A DNA stretch of 64,000 bases from an uncultured Acidobacteriota bacterium (GCA_963770895.1 CAVYRF010000002.1:1632001-1696000), one strand, 5' to 3'; shown: positions 24,670 through 39,659, numbered from the stretch's first letter. The notes: generated by a model not told the origin, from the letters alone. Translations and numbers: made by a program.

Positions 24670-25959
24670 ATGGCTCAATCCCTCTGGACCCTCTTGCAGA
24701 GACAGCTTCGGCGCCACCTCGATCCCGAGGAATTCGCCACCTGGTTCAGACCCCTCAAGGTACGCAACGACGGCGATCAAAAGCTGGTCCTGCTGGCGCC
24801 CAATTCGCGCTTTTTGCACACTCTGGAAGAGAGCTACCGGCCGACCGTCGATCGCGCCCTGGCCGGCCTTGACGGGCCCGCATTCGAAGTCCTGTTCTCC
24901 CTGGCCGAGGACGAGGCGGAGCCGACCGAAGTGCCGGTCGTCCTGTCGGACTTCAACCCAAAATACCTGTTCCAAACCTTCGTCATCGGCAAGTCCAACG
25001 AGTTTGCCCATGCCGCGGCGGAAGCGGTTGCAAAAAACCCCTCGCACAGCTACAACCCGCTCTTCCTGTACGGCGGCGTCGGCTTGGGCAAGACCCACCT
25101 GCTGCATGCGATCGGCCACGAGATCCTGCGCAACCAGTCTCACCTGCGCGTGCTCTACCTGGCGGCCGAGCAGTTCGTCAACGAGCTGATCAACTCCATC
25201 CGCTTCGACCGCATGCCGGCGTTCCGCGAGCGCTATCGCACGATCGACGTCTTGATGATCGACGACGTGCAGTTCCTCGCCAACAAGGAGCGGACGCAGG
25301 AGGAGTTTTTTCACACCTTCAACACCCTGTACACCAGCCAGAAGCAGATCATCCTGTCGTCCGACTCTTCGCCGCGCAACATCCCGACCCTGGAAGAGCG
25401 CCTGCGGAGCCGCTTCGAATGGGGGCTGATCGCCGACATCCAGCCACCCGACCTGGAAACCAAGGTGGCGATCCTGCAGCGCAAGGCGTACACCGAAAAC
25501 ATTCAGCTACCCGAAGAGGTGGCCGAATTCATCGCCCAGCAGGTGCGCTCCAACATCCGCGAGCTGGAAGGGCTGCTCAACCGGGTGATCGCCTTCTGCT
25601 CCCTGACCGGCAAGCCCATGTCCCTGGCCTTGGCGCGAGAGACGCTCAAGGACATCCTGCCCGAAGACGGCCGCAAGCCGACCAGCCAGGACATCATCAA
25701 GGCGGTAGCCCGCCACTACGACCTCAAGATCCAGGAGATCAAGAGCAAGAACAACTCGCGCCAGGTGGTGATCCCGCGGCAAGTGGCCATGTACCTTTGT
25801 AAAAAGCTCACCAGCCTGTCCTACCCCGAGATCGGCAAGCTCTTCAACGACAAGCACCATTCGACCGTCATGTATTCGGTGGACAAGGTGCAGCAGACCC
25901 GCACCACCGACGCCGACTTCGACCGCACCGTCCAGGCCCTCGAGCAGCGGCTGACTTAG
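24670..25959 (+). CDS. dnaA: Chromosomal replication initiator DnaA
   Basis: YNPLFLYGGVGLGKTHL, IDDVQFL, RLRSRFEWGL, NIRELEG, domain IV PRQVAMY/HSTV. Confidence 0.98.
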   Translation: MAQSLWTLLQRQLRRHLDPEEFATWFRPLKVRNDGDQKLVLLAPNSRFLHTLEESYRPTVDRALAGLDGPAFEVLFSLAEDEAEPTEVPVVLSDFNPKYLFQTFVIGKSNEFAHAAAEAVAKNPSHSYNPLFLYGGVGLGKTHLLHAIGHEILRNQSHLRVLYLAAEQFVNELINSIRFDRMPAFRERYRTIDVLMIDDVQFLANKERTQEEFFHTFNTLYTSQKQIILSSDSSPRNIPTLEERLRSRFEWGLIADIQPPDLETKVAILQRKAYTENIQLPEEVAEFIAQQVRSNIRELEGLLNRVIAFCSLTGKPMSLALARETLKDILPEDGRKPTSQDIIKAVARHYDLKIQEIKSKNNSRQVVIPRQVAMYLCKKLTSLSYPEIGKLFNDKHHSTVMYSVDKVQQTRTTDADFDRTVQALEQRLT

Positions 25960-26293
25960 TGCCGGTTGATCTGGTGCCGCAAGCCCCGCCTCCTCCGCTG
26001 GACGCGCCCAACAGCTCCAACGCCCTGTTACCGCCTGTGGAAGGCCCTGCGGACAAGTGCCGCAGGAAGGCTGCGGAAGAACTGCGGAACGTTTGCCGGG
26101 GTCGCGGTTCTGCGCAACGGCTCAGCAGCCCCTCCACAGCTTTCGCACAGCCTCCCTCCGTTGACGCCGTATTCATAAAGCACAGATTCCACGGCTGCTT
26201 ACGCGAGTTTTCCTCTTTTCCCCAGGCACCTTCTACGGCTACGGCTATGGTATATTCAGCTCTCCTTATCAGAGGAGAAGAGCGGGAGAACGC
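25960..26293. other. Probable oriC unwinding region (dnaA-dnaN intergenic)
   Basis: Multiple degenerate DnaA boxes (TGTGGAAGG, CCCTCCACA, TTTCGCACA, TTTTCCCCA) followed by CTACGGCTACGGCTAT trio-like repeats and TATATT. Confidence 0.65.
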
Positions 26294-27517
26294 ATGGAAA
26301 TCCGCCTCAAACGCAACGAGCTTCTGAGCGAGCTGATCCCCATGCAAGGGATCGTGGAGCGTAAGACCACGATCCCAGTGCTGTCGCACCTGCTCCTCGC
26401 CACTCGCGACGACCGGCTGCACCTGGCGGCGACCGACCTCGACGTGTCGCTCACTTCGCGCTGCGACGCCGAAGTGAAAGAGGGCGGCGCCATCGCCGTC
26501 CAGGCCAAGAAGCTGGTGGAAATCATCCGCTCGCTGTCGACGCCGGAAGTGCTGCTGGTGCAGGAGGAGCCGCGGGTGCTGGCGATCCGTGCCGGCAGCT
26601 CGCGCTTCAAGATCCACGGCCTGGCCGCCGACGATTTTCCGACTCTCCCCACTCTGTCCAGCGACACCGGCGTGCGCTCCGTCGAGGTCGGCTTCGCCGA
26701 CTTCCGGCGCATGATCGCCAAGGTGCTGTTCGCGGTGTCAGCCGAAGAATCACGCTTCCAGCTCAACGGCGCGTTGTTCAAGGTGAAGGACGGCGCGCTC
26801 GAAATCGCCGCCACCGACGGGCATCGTCTGGCCCTGGTGGAACGGCGTGAGGATGGGCTGCGCTACGCCGCCTCCGCCCCCGCCAGTCCTGCCGGCGAAG
26901 ACTCCGTGCTGGTGCCGCGCAAGGCCCTGCAGGAGCTGCAGCGGCTCGAAGGCGACGGGACTCTCGAATTCCGCCGCGGTGACCACCACCTGTCGTTCCG
27001 CGTCGGCGAGCGGGAGCTGATCTGCCGCATCCTGGAAGGCACGTTCCCCGACTACGAGCGGGTCATCGCCAAGGACAACGACAAAAAGGTGGTGTTCGAA
27101 CGCAAGGTGCTTGCCGAAGCCGTGCAGCGTGCCGCGCTGATGACCAGCGATCGCGCCCGTGCCGTGCGCATGCAGTTCTCCGCCGGGCAGCTGGTGATCT
27201 CGGCGGTCAGCACCGACCTCGGCGAGGCGGTGGAAGAAGTGGGCTGCGTCTACGACGGCCCGGACTTCCGCGTCGGCATCAACCCCGACTACCTGTCGCA
27301 GTTTCTTGCCGCCGTCGATACCGAGCGGGTCCGTCTCGAACTGAAAGATGAGAACACGCAGTGCGTCGCCTATCCGCAGGATCCACCGCCCGCCGCGGCG
27401 GCGCCTGACGCGCCCGACGCGCGCGACGCGGATGGCACGCCGGATGCGCCGGAACATGCCGCTCAGCCCGCCGCCGGCGGTCGCTACCTGTGCGTGATCA
27501 TGCCGATGCGGATCTGA
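26294..27517 (+). CDS. dnaN: DNA polymerase III beta sliding clamp
   Basis: ATDLD, ATDGHRL, GTFPDYERVI, C-terminal VIMPMRI. Confidence 0.97.
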   Translation: MEIRLKRNELLSELIPMQGIVERKTTIPVLSHLLLATRDDRLHLAATDLDVSLTSRCDAEVKEGGAIAVQAKKLVEIIRSLSTPEVLLVQEEPRVLAIRAGSSRFKIHGLAADDFPTLPTLSSDTGVRSVEVGFADFRRMIAKVLFAVSAEESRFQLNGALFKVKDGALEIAATDGHRLALVERREDGLRYAASAPASPAGEDSVLVPRKALQELQRLEGDGTLEFRRGDHHLSFRVGERELICRILEGTFPDYERVIAKDNDKKVVFERKVLAEAVQRAALMTSDRARAVRMQFSAGQLVISAVSTDLGEAVEEVGCVYDGPDFRVGINPDYLSQFLAAVDTERVRLELKDENTQCVAYPQDPPPAAAAPDAPDARDADGTPDAPEHAAQPAAGGRYLCVIMPMRI

Positions 27518-27529
27518 CGCGGTTGAGCC

Positions 27530-31457
<3,928 letters not shown>

Positions 31458-31558
31458 CTCGGCACGGGCGGCGGCCCGGCGCGGCGCGGCCCCAGGCGGG
31501 CTGCCGTCGCCCCTGCCGCCCACCGCCGGCGCTTGATCCACCGCTTGATAAGGACACC

Positions 31559-34093
31559 ATGAGCGAAGACGAAACTCAGCAGCCTCCCTTCGTGCCGCCG
31601 GGCGAGCAGCCCATCCCGGTGGACATCGAAGACGAGATGCGTCGCAGCTATCTCGATTACGCGATGAGCGTGATCATCGGCCGCGCGCTCCCCGACGTGC
31701 GCGACGGCATGAAGCCGGTGCATCGCCGCGTGGTCTACGGCATGTGGGAAAGCGGCAACCGTTCCGATCGCCCCTACAAAAAGTCGGCGCGCATCGTCGG
31801 CGACGTGATGGGCAAGTACCACCCGCACGGCGACTCCGCGATCTACGACACCGTGGTGCGCATGGCGCAGGACTTCGCCATGCGCTACCCGCTGGTGGAC
31901 GGCCAGGGCAACTTCGGCTCGATCGACGGCGACAATCCGGCGGCGATGCGCTACACCGAAGTGCGCCTGACGCGGCTCGCCGAAGAGATGATCCGCGAGG
32001 ACATCGACAAGGAGACCGTCGCCTGGGGTCCCAACTACGACGGCTCCGAAATCGAGCCGCTGGTGCTGCCGGCGCGGGTGCCCAACCTGTTGGTCAATGG
32101 CGCCTCGGGCATCGCGGTGGGCATGGCGACCAACATCCCGCCCCACAACCTGGGCGAAGTGGTGGACGCTCTCAACCTGCTGATCGAAAACCCCGACGTC
32201 ACGTGGCGCGAGCTGATGACCGTGCTCCCCGGTCCCGACTTCCCGACCGCCGGTTTCATCCACGGCATGCAGGGCATCCAATCGGCCTACGACAACGGAC
32301 GCGGCATCATGCAGGTGCGGGCGCGCGCCCAGGTCGAAACCCATGCGCGCGGCGACCGCCAGTCGATCGTCGTCACCGAGATCCCCTACCAGGTCAACAA
32401 GGCGCGCCTGATCGAGCGAATGGCCGAGCTGATCCGCGAAAAGAAGATCGAGGGCATCTCGGATCTGCGCGACGAATCCGATCGCGACGGCATCCGCATC
32501 GTGCTCGAAGTCAAGCGGGGCGAAGTGCCGGAGGTCATCCTGAACTCGCTGTACAAGATGACCCAGATGCAGACCACGTTCGGCATCATTCTGCTGGCGA
32601 TCGTCGACAACCAGCCCAAGGTGATGGGGCTCAAGGAGCTGCTGCAACACTTCTTGAACCATCGCAAAACGGTCATCGTGCGCCGCAGCCGCTATGACCT
32701 GCGCAAGGCCGAAGAGCGCGCCCACATCCTCGAAGGCATCCTCAAGGCGCTCGACCAGCTCGACGCAGTGATTGCCACGATCCGCGCCAGCCAGACGCCG
32801 GGGGAAGCGCGCACGCGCCTGATCAGCGGCTTCGAGCTGTCGGAGCTGCAGGCCCAGGCCATTCTCGAAATGCGCTTGCAGCGCCTGACCGGCCTGGAAC
32901 GCGAAAAGGTTGTCGAAGAGTACCGCGAGCTGATGGCGCTGATCGAGCGGCTGCGCGCGATCCTGGCGTCGGACCAGCTGGTGCTGCAGGAGATCCAGCG
33001 TGAGCTGGCGGAGCTCAAGGAAGAATTCGGCGATCGCCGCCGCACCCAGATCATTCCCGAGATGGCTGACATCTCGATCGAGGACATGATCGCCGACGAA
33101 GACATGGTGATCACGGTCACCCGCTCGGGCTACGTGAAGCGCTCGCCGCTCGCCCTCTACCGCGCGCAAAACCGCGGCGGCAAGGGGCGCACCGGCATGG
33201 TGACCAAGGAAGACGACTTCGTGGAGCACCTCTACGTAGCCTCGGCCCACAGCTACATCCTGGTCTTCACCGAGAGCGGCCGGATGCACTGGCTGAAAGT
33301 GCACGAGATTCCCGAAACCGAGCCGGCGGCGCGCGGCAAGGCGATCGTCAACCTGCTCAACCTGGAGGCCAACGAGCGCCTGGCGACGACGGTGGCGGTG
33401 CGCGCGTTCCGCGACGACCGCTACCTGTTCTTTGCCACCGCCAACGGCACGGTCAAGAAGACGGCGCTTTCGGCGTACGCCAACCCGCGCCTGGGCGGCA
33501 TCATCGGCATCAACCTCGATGCCGGCGACCGCCTGCTCGCCGTGCGCCAGACCGACGGCGGCCAGGACGTGCTGCTCGCCACCGCTCGCGGCATCGCCAT
33601 CCGCTTCCCCGAAAGCGACGTGCGTCCGACGGGCCGCGCCACCTACGGCGTGCGCGGCATCACGCTGCGGGCCGGCGACCGCGTGGTGGGCGCCGCGATC
33701 CTCGAGTCCGCGGGCGGCGAGGTGCTGACGGTGGCTGCCCACGGTTTCGGCAAGCGCACGCCGATCGACGACTACCGCAAGCAGACGCGCGGCGGATTCG
33801 GCATCATCAACCTCAAGGTCAGCGACAAGACCGGGGAAGTGATCACCGCCAAGCACGTCACCGACGGCGAAGGCCTGATGCTGATCACCCAGACGGGGAT
33901 GATCATCCGCATCAACGTCGCCACCGTCCGCCTGGTCGGCCGCTCGACGCAAGGGGTCAAGCTGATGGACCTCGACGCCGGCGACCTCCTCGTGGCGGTG
34001 GCCAAGCTCGCCGAAGAGGAGAAGCTGGACGACAACCCCGACGGCACTGACGCATCCGAGCCCGCCGACCCAGAGACCACGCCGGTGAACTGA
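31559..34093 (+). CDS. gyrA: DNA gyrase subunit A
   Basis: YAMSVI, YHPHGD, AAMRYTE, GyrA-box-like QNRGGKG, beta-pinwheel repeats. Confidence 0.98.
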   Translation: MSEDETQQPPFVPPGEQPIPVDIEDEMRRSYLDYAMSVIIGRALPDVRDGMKPVHRRVVYGMWESGNRSDRPYKKSARIVGDVMGKYHPHGDSAIYDTVVRMAQDFAMRYPLVDGQGNFGSIDGDNPAAMRYTEVRLTRLAEEMIREDIDKETVAWGPNYDGSEIEPLVLPARVPNLLVNGASGIAVGMATNIPPHNLGEVVDALNLLIENPDVTWRELMTVLPGPDFPTAGFIHGMQGIQSAYDNGRGIMQVRARAQVETHARGDRQSIVVTEIPYQVNKARLIERMAELIREKKIEGISDLRDESDRDGIRIVLEVKRGEVPEVILNSLYKMTQMQTTFGIILLAIVDNQPKVMGLKELLQHFLNHRKTVIVRRSRYDLRKAEERAHILEGILKALDQLDAVIATIRASQTPGEARTRLISGFELSELQAQAILEMRLQRLTGLEREKVVEEYRELMALIERLRAILASDQLVLQEIQRELAELKEEFGDRRRTQIIPEMADISIEDMIADEDMVITVTRSGYVKRSPLALYRAQNRGGKGRTGMVTKEDDFVEHLYVASAHSYILVFTESGRMHWLKVHEIPETEPAARGKAIVNLLNLEANERLATTVAVRAFRDDRYLFFATANGTVKKTALSAYANPRLGGIIGINLDAGDRLLAVRQTDGGQDVLLATARGIAIRFPESDVRPTGRATYGVRGITLRAGDRVVGAAILESAGGEVLTVAAHGFGKRTPIDDYRKQTRGGFGIINLKVSDKTGEVITAKHVTDGEGLMLITQTGMIIRINVATVRLVGRSTQGVKLMDLDAGDLLVAVAKLAEEEKLDDNPDGTDASEPADPETTPVN

Positions 34094-34278
34094 CGTCTGG
34101 GGGTGAGCCGCCGTGGTGCCGGGCTCCGCCCGCGCCGGGCCGCCGCGCCCGGTGGGGGTGGGGCAGGCCGATTCGCATCGCACAAGCCGGCGGCTGGAGT
34201 AAGCGCATGGCTGCCGGCGGGCCGATGGTAGACTGCACAGGGGGCCATCTCTTTAAGAGCCACCAGGAGATCTGAATC

Positions 34279-35667
34279 ATGCCGAACGACTCGCGGGACG
34301 TGATGGCCCGCCTGGACGCTGAAAAAGAGTCTCACCTGGAGCAGCTGAAGGACTTCCTGCGCATTCCTTCGATCTCCACGGATCCTGAATACGCGGTCGA
34401 GGTGCGCCGGGCGGGCGAGTTCGTGCTGGGGCACCTCAAGGCGGCGGGCCTCGCCACCGAGCTGATCGAAACCGCGGGCTATCCCCTGGTCTACGGCGAG
34501 TGGCTGGGCGCCCCCGGCAAGCCGACGATCCTGTTCTACGGCCACTACGACGTGCAGCCGGTGGACCCGGTGGACCTCTGGCGGCACCCGCCGTTCGAGC
34601 CCACGGTCGAAGGCGACAAGCTGGTGGCGCGCGGCGCCACCGACGACAAGGGGCAGTCTTTCGCCCACGTCAAGGGTGTGGTGGCGACGCTGGCCCAACG
34701 CGGCACGCTCCCGGTCAACGTCAAGTTCCTGATCGAGGGCGAAGAAGAATCGGGCGGCGAGGCGATCGACAAGTACGTGCGCCAGGACGGCGGCAAGCGC
34801 CTGGCGTGCGACTGCGTGATGGTCTCCGACAGCTCGATGTTCGCGCCCGGCCAGCCGTCGCTGATCTACGGCCTGAAGGGGCTGGCCTACATGGAGCTCA
34901 AGGTGACCGGCCCCAACCGCGATCTGCATTCGGGCACCTTCGGCGGGGCGGTGACCAACCCGCTCAACGCGCTGGGCGAAATCATCGCCCGCCTGCGCGA
35001 CAGCCGCACCGGCAGGATTCTCATCCCCGGCTTCTACGACGACGTGCGGCCGCTCGCGGATTGGGAGCGCAAGGAGTTCGCGCAGCTGCCGTTCGAAGAG
35101 GAAGCCTATCGATCCGGCCTGGGTGTGCCGCAGCTGTGCGGCGAAGAGGGATACACCACCCGCGAACGCACCTGGGCGCGGCCGACGCTCGACGTGAACG
35201 GCATCTTCGGCGGCTACCAGGGGCGCGGCGCAAAAACGGTGCTGCCTTCGTGGGGCGGCGCCAAGGTATCCATGCGGCTGGTCCCCGACCAGCGGCCGGA
35301 CAAGGTGGCACGCATGTTTACCGACTACGTGCAGCAGGTCGCGCCTCCCGGAGTGGTCGTCGAAGTGACCAACCTGCATGGCGCGGAACCGGTGGCGGTC
35401 GAAGCGACCGGTCCGCTGGTCGAAGCCGCCATGTCGGCCATGGCCGACGTGTGGGGGCCGCGGCCGGTGCGCATCCGCGAGGGCGGTTCCATCCCCATCG
35501 TCGCCACCTTCTCGCAGGTTCTCGCCAAACCGGTGCTGCTGCTGGGGTTTGGGCTGACCGATGACGGTCTCCACTCACCCAACGAGAAGTTCAACCTCAG
35601 CAACTATTACAATGGAATCCGCTCCGTGGTGCGGCTGCTGGATCGATTGGGTGAAGTCAGCGCATGA
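34279..35667 (+). CDS. M20 family dipeptidase
   Basis: YGHYDVQP, RGATDDKG, EGEEE, DLHSG, HSPNE. Confidence 0.93.
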   Translation: MPNDSRDVMARLDAEKESHLEQLKDFLRIPSISTDPEYAVEVRRAGEFVLGHLKAAGLATELIETAGYPLVYGEWLGAPGKPTILFYGHYDVQPVDPVDLWRHPPFEPTVEGDKLVARGATDDKGQSFAHVKGVVATLAQRGTLPVNVKFLIEGEEESGGEAIDKYVRQDGGKRLACDCVMVSDSSMFAPGQPSLIYGLKGLAYMELKVTGPNRDLHSGTFGGAVTNPLNALGEIIARLRDSRTGRILIPGFYDDVRPLADWERKEFAQLPFEEEAYRSGLGVPQLCGEEGYTTRERTWARPTLDVNGIFGGYQGRGAKTVLPSWGGAKVSMRLVPDQRPDKVARMFTDYVQQVAPPGVVVEVTNLHGAEPVAVEATGPLVEAAMSAMADVWGPRPVRIREGGSIPIVATFSQVLAKPVLLLGFGLTDDGLHSPNEKFNLSNYYNGIRSVVRLLDRLGEVSA

Positions 35668-36218
35668 AAGGCAAACAAAACTTCGAACGAGAGATCAAGT
35701 TTCGCTCCGATGATCTATCAAAGCTGCGCGAGCGCTTGGGCGAGCTGGAAGCCGAGCGCGTAGGCCCTGCCGCTTTCGAGGACAACTGGATCATGGACCG
35801 ATCGGGCGAGCTGCTGTCGGCCGGCAGGACGCTGCGGTTGCGCACCGACGGCACGCGCTCCCACCTCACGCTCAAGGGGCCGATGAGCATGGAAGGCAAC
35901 CTCAAGGTGCGCGAGGAGCGCGAGATCGGCATCGAAAGCGCCGACGAAGCGCGCGGCCTGTTCGAAAGCCTCGGCTACTCCGTGGTGCGGCGATACCAGA
36001 AGGTACGCGAAGAGTGGCAGTTGGGCGGCGTCACCATCGCGCTGGACCACACGCCGATCGGCGACTTTGCCGAGTTCGAGGGCGACGGGGCAGAAACCGT
36101 GGCGCGGCGGTGCGGCTTCGACTCCGAAAAGGGCGAGCCGCGCACCTACCTGGGGCTCTACGAGGACTACCTGAAGGAGCACCCCGAAGCGCCGCCCGAG
36201 ATGATCTTCCGGCAGTGA
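35664..36218 (+). CDS. CYTH-domain protein (class IV adenylate cyclase-like)
   Basis: EREIK motif, LRLR, LTLKGP, REERE, YQKVREEW, FAEFE. Confidence 0.88.
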   Translation: MKGKQNFEREIKFRSDDLSKLRERLGELEAERVGPAAFEDNWIMDRSGELLSAGRTLRLRTDGTRSHLTLKGPMSMEGNLKVREEREIGIESADEARGLFESLGYSVVRRYQKVREEWQLGGVTIALDHTPIGDFAEFEGDGAETVARRCGFDSEKGEPRTYLGLYEDYLKEHPEAPPEMIFRQ

Positions 36219-37327
36219 GCCCGGCGCGCCCGCGGGCGCTGGTCCTGGCAGCCGGGCTCGGCACCCGGCTGCTGCCGCTCACCGCCACGACTCCCAAGCC
36301 GCTGTTGCCGGTGCGGGGCAAGCCGATCCTGGCGCACACGCTGCTGCAGCTGGCCGCCGCCGGTTGCGAGGCCGCTGCCGTCAACCTGCACCACCACGGC
36401 GATCAGATCCGGCGCGCCATTGGCGGCGACCGCGGCCGCGAGGGCTCCGGCGTCGTTGGCGTCAGCGGCGGCGCCGGCGGCGCTGGCATCAGCGGCATCG
36501 GTGACGGTGGCAGCATCGGCGGCATGCCGCTTGTCTGGTCCGAGGAGCCGGTGCTGCTGGGCACCCTGGGAGCCCTGGCTCCGCTGCTCGACTTCTGCGC
36601 CGCCGCCGACCCCCTGCTGATCGTCAACGGCGACAGCCTCTGCCGGTGGCCGTTCGCCGCCCTGCTGCGCCGCCACCGTGAAAGCGGCGCCCTGGCAACC
36701 CTGCTGCTGGCCAGCCGCCCCGACCCGGCAGCCTTCGGCGGCGGCGTGGCGGTCGGGCGCGGCGGCGCGGTCGTCTCGCTGCGGCCGGGAGCCGGAAGCG
36801 CCGGTGGCGAAAGCCGGCGCCGCCAGGTTTTCGCCGGCGCTCACGTGCTGTCGCGGCGCATCCTGCCCGACGTCCAGGCGGCGCTCCAGGCCGCCGGGGC
36901 GCCGCCGACCGACATCGTGCGCCGGCTGTACGAGCCGCTGCTGGCCAGCCGGCCGGGCTGCATCGCTGCCATCGCCACCGTCGGACGGTGGCACGACCTG
37001 GGGACGCCGCGGCGCTTTCTGGCCGCCGCGCTGGACTGGGCGGGCGCGGGCGGCGCGGCAAGGGCGCGGACCGGCCGGTGCGGTTGGGTCTCGCCGGCGG
37101 CAGCGGTCGCAGCGGGTGCGACGGTGACCGGATCAAGCGTCGACGCCGGCTGCGTGGTGGCGGCCGGCGCCGTGGTCGAAGGCTCGGTGCTGCTGCCCGG
37201 TGCCAGCGTCGGCGCCGGCTGCCAGGTGCGCGGCGCGCTCCTCGGCCCCGGCGCCCGTCTGCCCGCCGGCAGCCGCCTCGAAGATCAGCTGCTGGTCGCC
37301 GGTGCCAACGGCGCGATCGCGCTGTGA
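36215..37327 (+). CDS. Sugar-phosphate nucleotidyltransferase (mannose-1-P guanylyltransferase-like)
   Basis: LVLAAGLGTRLLP, PKPLLPV, LGTLG, NGD, WHDLGTP, C-terminal hexapeptide repeats. Confidence 0.85.
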   Translation: MSPARPRALVLAAGLGTRLLPLTATTPKPLLPVRGKPILAHTLLQLAAAGCEAAAVNLHHHGDQIRRAIGGDRGREGSGVVGVSGGAGGAGISGIGDGGSIGGMPLVWSEEPVLLGTLGALAPLLDFCAAADPLLIVNGDSLCRWPFAALLRRHRESGALATLLLASRPDPAAFGGGVAVGRGGAVVSLRPGAGSAGGESRRRQVFAGAHVLSRRILPDVQAALQAAGAPPTDIVRRLYEPLLASRPGCIAAIATVGRWHDLGTPRRFLAAALDWAGAGGAARARTGRCGWVSPAAAVAAGATVTGSSVDAGCVVAAGAVVEGSVLLPGASVGAGCQVRGALLGPGARLPAGSRLEDQLLVAGANGAIAL

Positions 37328-37414
37328 CCGGTGGCTCTCAAAGGGCAACCCCGCCCGCCTGCCGAGCGACAAGCGCCCCCGCTGGTGGGCCCTTCAGGGT
37401 ATCCTTGAGGGGCC

Positions 37415-37636
37415 ATGAATCTCGATCTGACACTGGTCTTTCGCAAGGTCCCTGAAGGCTACATCGGCATCGTTGAGGAGCTTCCCGGCGCCAACAGCCA
37501 GGGCGAGACCCTCGAACAGACGCGCGCGAACCTCGAGGAAGCCGTGATGCTTGTCCTGGAAGCCAACCGCTTTCTCGCCGAGCAGGAGATCGGCGGCGCG
37601 GACGTGATCCGCGAAACCATCACGACCCGGACGTGA
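37415..37636 (+). CDS. hicB: HicB-family antitoxin (short)
   Basis: ELPGANSQGETLEQTRANLEEAV partial RNase H-like fold motif. Confidence 0.85.
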   Translation: MNLDLTLVFRKVPEGYIGIVEELPGANSQGETLEQTRANLEEAVMLVLEANRFLAEQEIGGADVIRETITTRT

Positions 37637-37818
37637 AGCGCACGGACCTCGTCCGGCACCTCCACGCCCGCGGCTGCGAGCTGCTGCGCGAGGGGGCCAA
37701 TCACTCCATCTATGTCAACCGCGCCGCCCGGAAAAGCTCATCGGTACCAAGACAGCGAGAGATCAACGATTACTTGGCGCGGAAGATCTGCCGCGACCTG
37801 GGCGTGAGCGAACCGTGA
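37633..37818 (+). CDS. hicA: HicA-family toxin
   Basis: LREGANHSIY (conserved His), VPRQREI, ARKICRDL; GTGA overlap with hicB. Confidence 0.85.
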   Translation: MKRTDLVRHLHARGCELLREGANHSIYVNRAARKSSSVPRQREINDYLARKICRDLGVSEP

Positions 37819-37850
37819 AATCTGCGGGTCGTGCATCCAACGGCCTGACG

Positions 37851-38522
37851 ATGGCTGACGACGGACTGCGGCTGGTGGTGTTCGATTGGGACGGGACGCT
37901 GATGGATTCCGTGGGGTCGATCGTCCGCTGCACGCAGGCGGTTCTGCGCGAGCTGGCGCTGGGGGAGCCTGGCGAGGCGGCGATCCGCGGCACGGTGGGG
38001 CTCGGCTTGCGCGAGACCATGGACCTGCTGGTGCCGGGGTGCGACCAGCGCCTGTACGGCGTCGTCCTGGACTGCTACCGCCGGCACTGGGTGGACACGT
38101 ACCGCGATCAGCCGGTGCTGTTCGCCGGGGTGCCCGAGATGCTGGCCGAGCTGGCGGCCGGCGGCTACCTGCTGGCGGTGGCGACCGGCAAAAGCCGGCG
38201 CGGCCTCGATTACGCGCTTGACGAGACGCGGCTGCGCCCACGCTTTCAGACCACGCGCAGCGCCGACGAAGCACTGAGCAAGCCGCACCCGCAGATGCTG
38301 CTCGGCATCCTGGATGAGCTCGGGGTGGCGCCGCGGCAGGCGCTGATGGTGGGCGATTCGATCTACGACCTGCAGATGGCAACCAACGCCGGCTGTGCCG
38401 CCGTCGCCGTGCTGTCGGGCACGCACCACCGCGACGAGCTGGCGCTGCACGCGCCGCGCACCCTGCTCGACCGGGTGGCGGACCTGACCGCCTGGCTGGA
38501 TGACACTAGCCGCCGGCGCTGA
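37851..38522 (+). CDS. HAD-superfamily hydrolase (phosphoglycolate phosphatase-like)
   Basis: FDWDGTLMDS, VATGK, SKPHP, MVGDSIYD. Confidence 0.9.
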   Translation: MADDGLRLVVFDWDGTLMDSVGSIVRCTQAVLRELALGEPGEAAIRGTVGLGLRETMDLLVPGCDQRLYGVVLDCYRRHWVDTYRDQPVLFAGVPEMLAELAAGGYLLAVATGKSRRGLDYALDETRLRPRFQTTRSADEALSKPHPQMLLGILDELGVAPRQALMVGDSIYDLQMATNAGCAAVAVLSGTHHRDELALHAPRTLLDRVADLTAWLDDTSRRR

Positions 38523-39573
38523 CGCGAGCCGCGGCGGGCTGGCGCTGGATCCAGCCGTCGATATTGCGCAGCACCAGGTCCGCCAGCAGGCGCAGGTGAT
38601 CTGGCCGGTCGTTGAGCGCCGGGATGTAGCGGTAGCGCTCGCCGCCCGCGTGCTGGAAGATCTCGCGGTTGAGGCCGTCGATCTCTTCGAGCGTCTCCAG
38701 GCAGTCGGCCGAAAAACCTGGGCAGATGACGTCCAGGCTCTTCACGCCGGCCGCGGCCAAGGCGCGCATCGTGTCCTCGGTGTACGGCCGCAGCCACTCG
38801 CCGCGGCCGAACAGCGACTGAAAGCAGACCACGTAGCGGTCGCTCGGCAGCCGCAGCCGCTCGGCCACCAGGCGGGCGGTCTTCTGGCAGTGGCAGTAGT
38901 AAGGGTCGCCGGCTTCGAAGTACCGCTTGGGGATGCCGTGGAACGAAAACAGCAGCTTTTCCGCCGGCTCGCCCGCCGCCCACGCTTCGCCAATGCTGGC
39001 GGCCAGAGCTTCGATGTAAGCCGGCTCGTCGTGGTACGGATGGATCATCCGCAGCTCGGGCACCCATCGCCAGGAGGTGAATTCGGCGGCCACCGCGTCG
39101 AACGTGGAGCCGGTGGTGACCGCCGCGTACTGCGGATAGAGCGGCAGGACAGCGATCTGCCGGCATCCCAGGCCGGCCAGCTCGCGTAGCGCGCTCTGCA
39201 CCGAGGGGTTGCCGTAGCGCATGGCGATGCGCAGGTGGAGAGGGGTTGCCACCTCATTGCGCAGCAGCGCCGCCACGCCCTCGCCCTGGCGGCGGGTGAT
39301 CGCCAGCAGCGGCGAGCCCTGGGCGCTCCAGACCTTGCGGTAGAGCGCCGCCGACTTGCGCGGTCGCAACGGCAGCACGAACAGGTGCAGCACCAGCCAC
39401 CACAGCGGCCTGGGCAGCTCGATGACGCGCGGATCGAGCAGAAACTGGCGCAGGTAGCGGCGCAACGCCGGCGAATCCGGAGCGTCAGGAGTGCCCAGGT
39501 TGGCCAGCACCACCCCCACCGCGGGCACCTCGCCGTGCTGGAATCCGGGCTGACCGAAATAGCGCTGTCCCAT
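38506..39573 (-). CDS. hemH: Ferrochelatase
   Basis: NLGTP, GSPL, MRYGNP, PLYPQY, FSFHGIP, DCLETLEEI. Confidence 0.96.
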   Translation of the reverse strand: MGQRYFGQPGFQHGEVPAVGVVLANLGTPDAPDSPALRRYLRQFLLDPRVIELPRPLWWLVLHLFVLPLRPRKSAALYRKVWSAQGSPLLAITRRQGEGVAALLRNEVATPLHLRIAMRYGNPSVQSALRELAGLGCRQIAVLPLYPQYAAVTTGSTFDAVAAEFTSWRWVPELRMIHPYHDEPAYIEALAASIGEAWAAGEPAEKLLFSFHGIPKRYFEAGDPYYCHCQKTARLVAERLRLPSDRYVVCFQSLFGRGEWLRPYTEDTMRALAAAGVKSLDVICPGFSADCLETLEEIDGLNREIFQHAGGERYRYIPALNDRPDHLRLLADLVLRNIDGWIQRQPAAARVSAGG

Positions 39574-39659
39574 CGGAGGTCTATTAGACCAGGATTCAGC
39601 GTGGAACGCCCGCGGACGGCCGCGGCCCACCGGCGGCAGCCCTCAGCCATGCCTCGCGC

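Noticed and set aside
39592-39608. parS-like half site GTGGAACG
   Set aside because: The left half does not fit the palindrome
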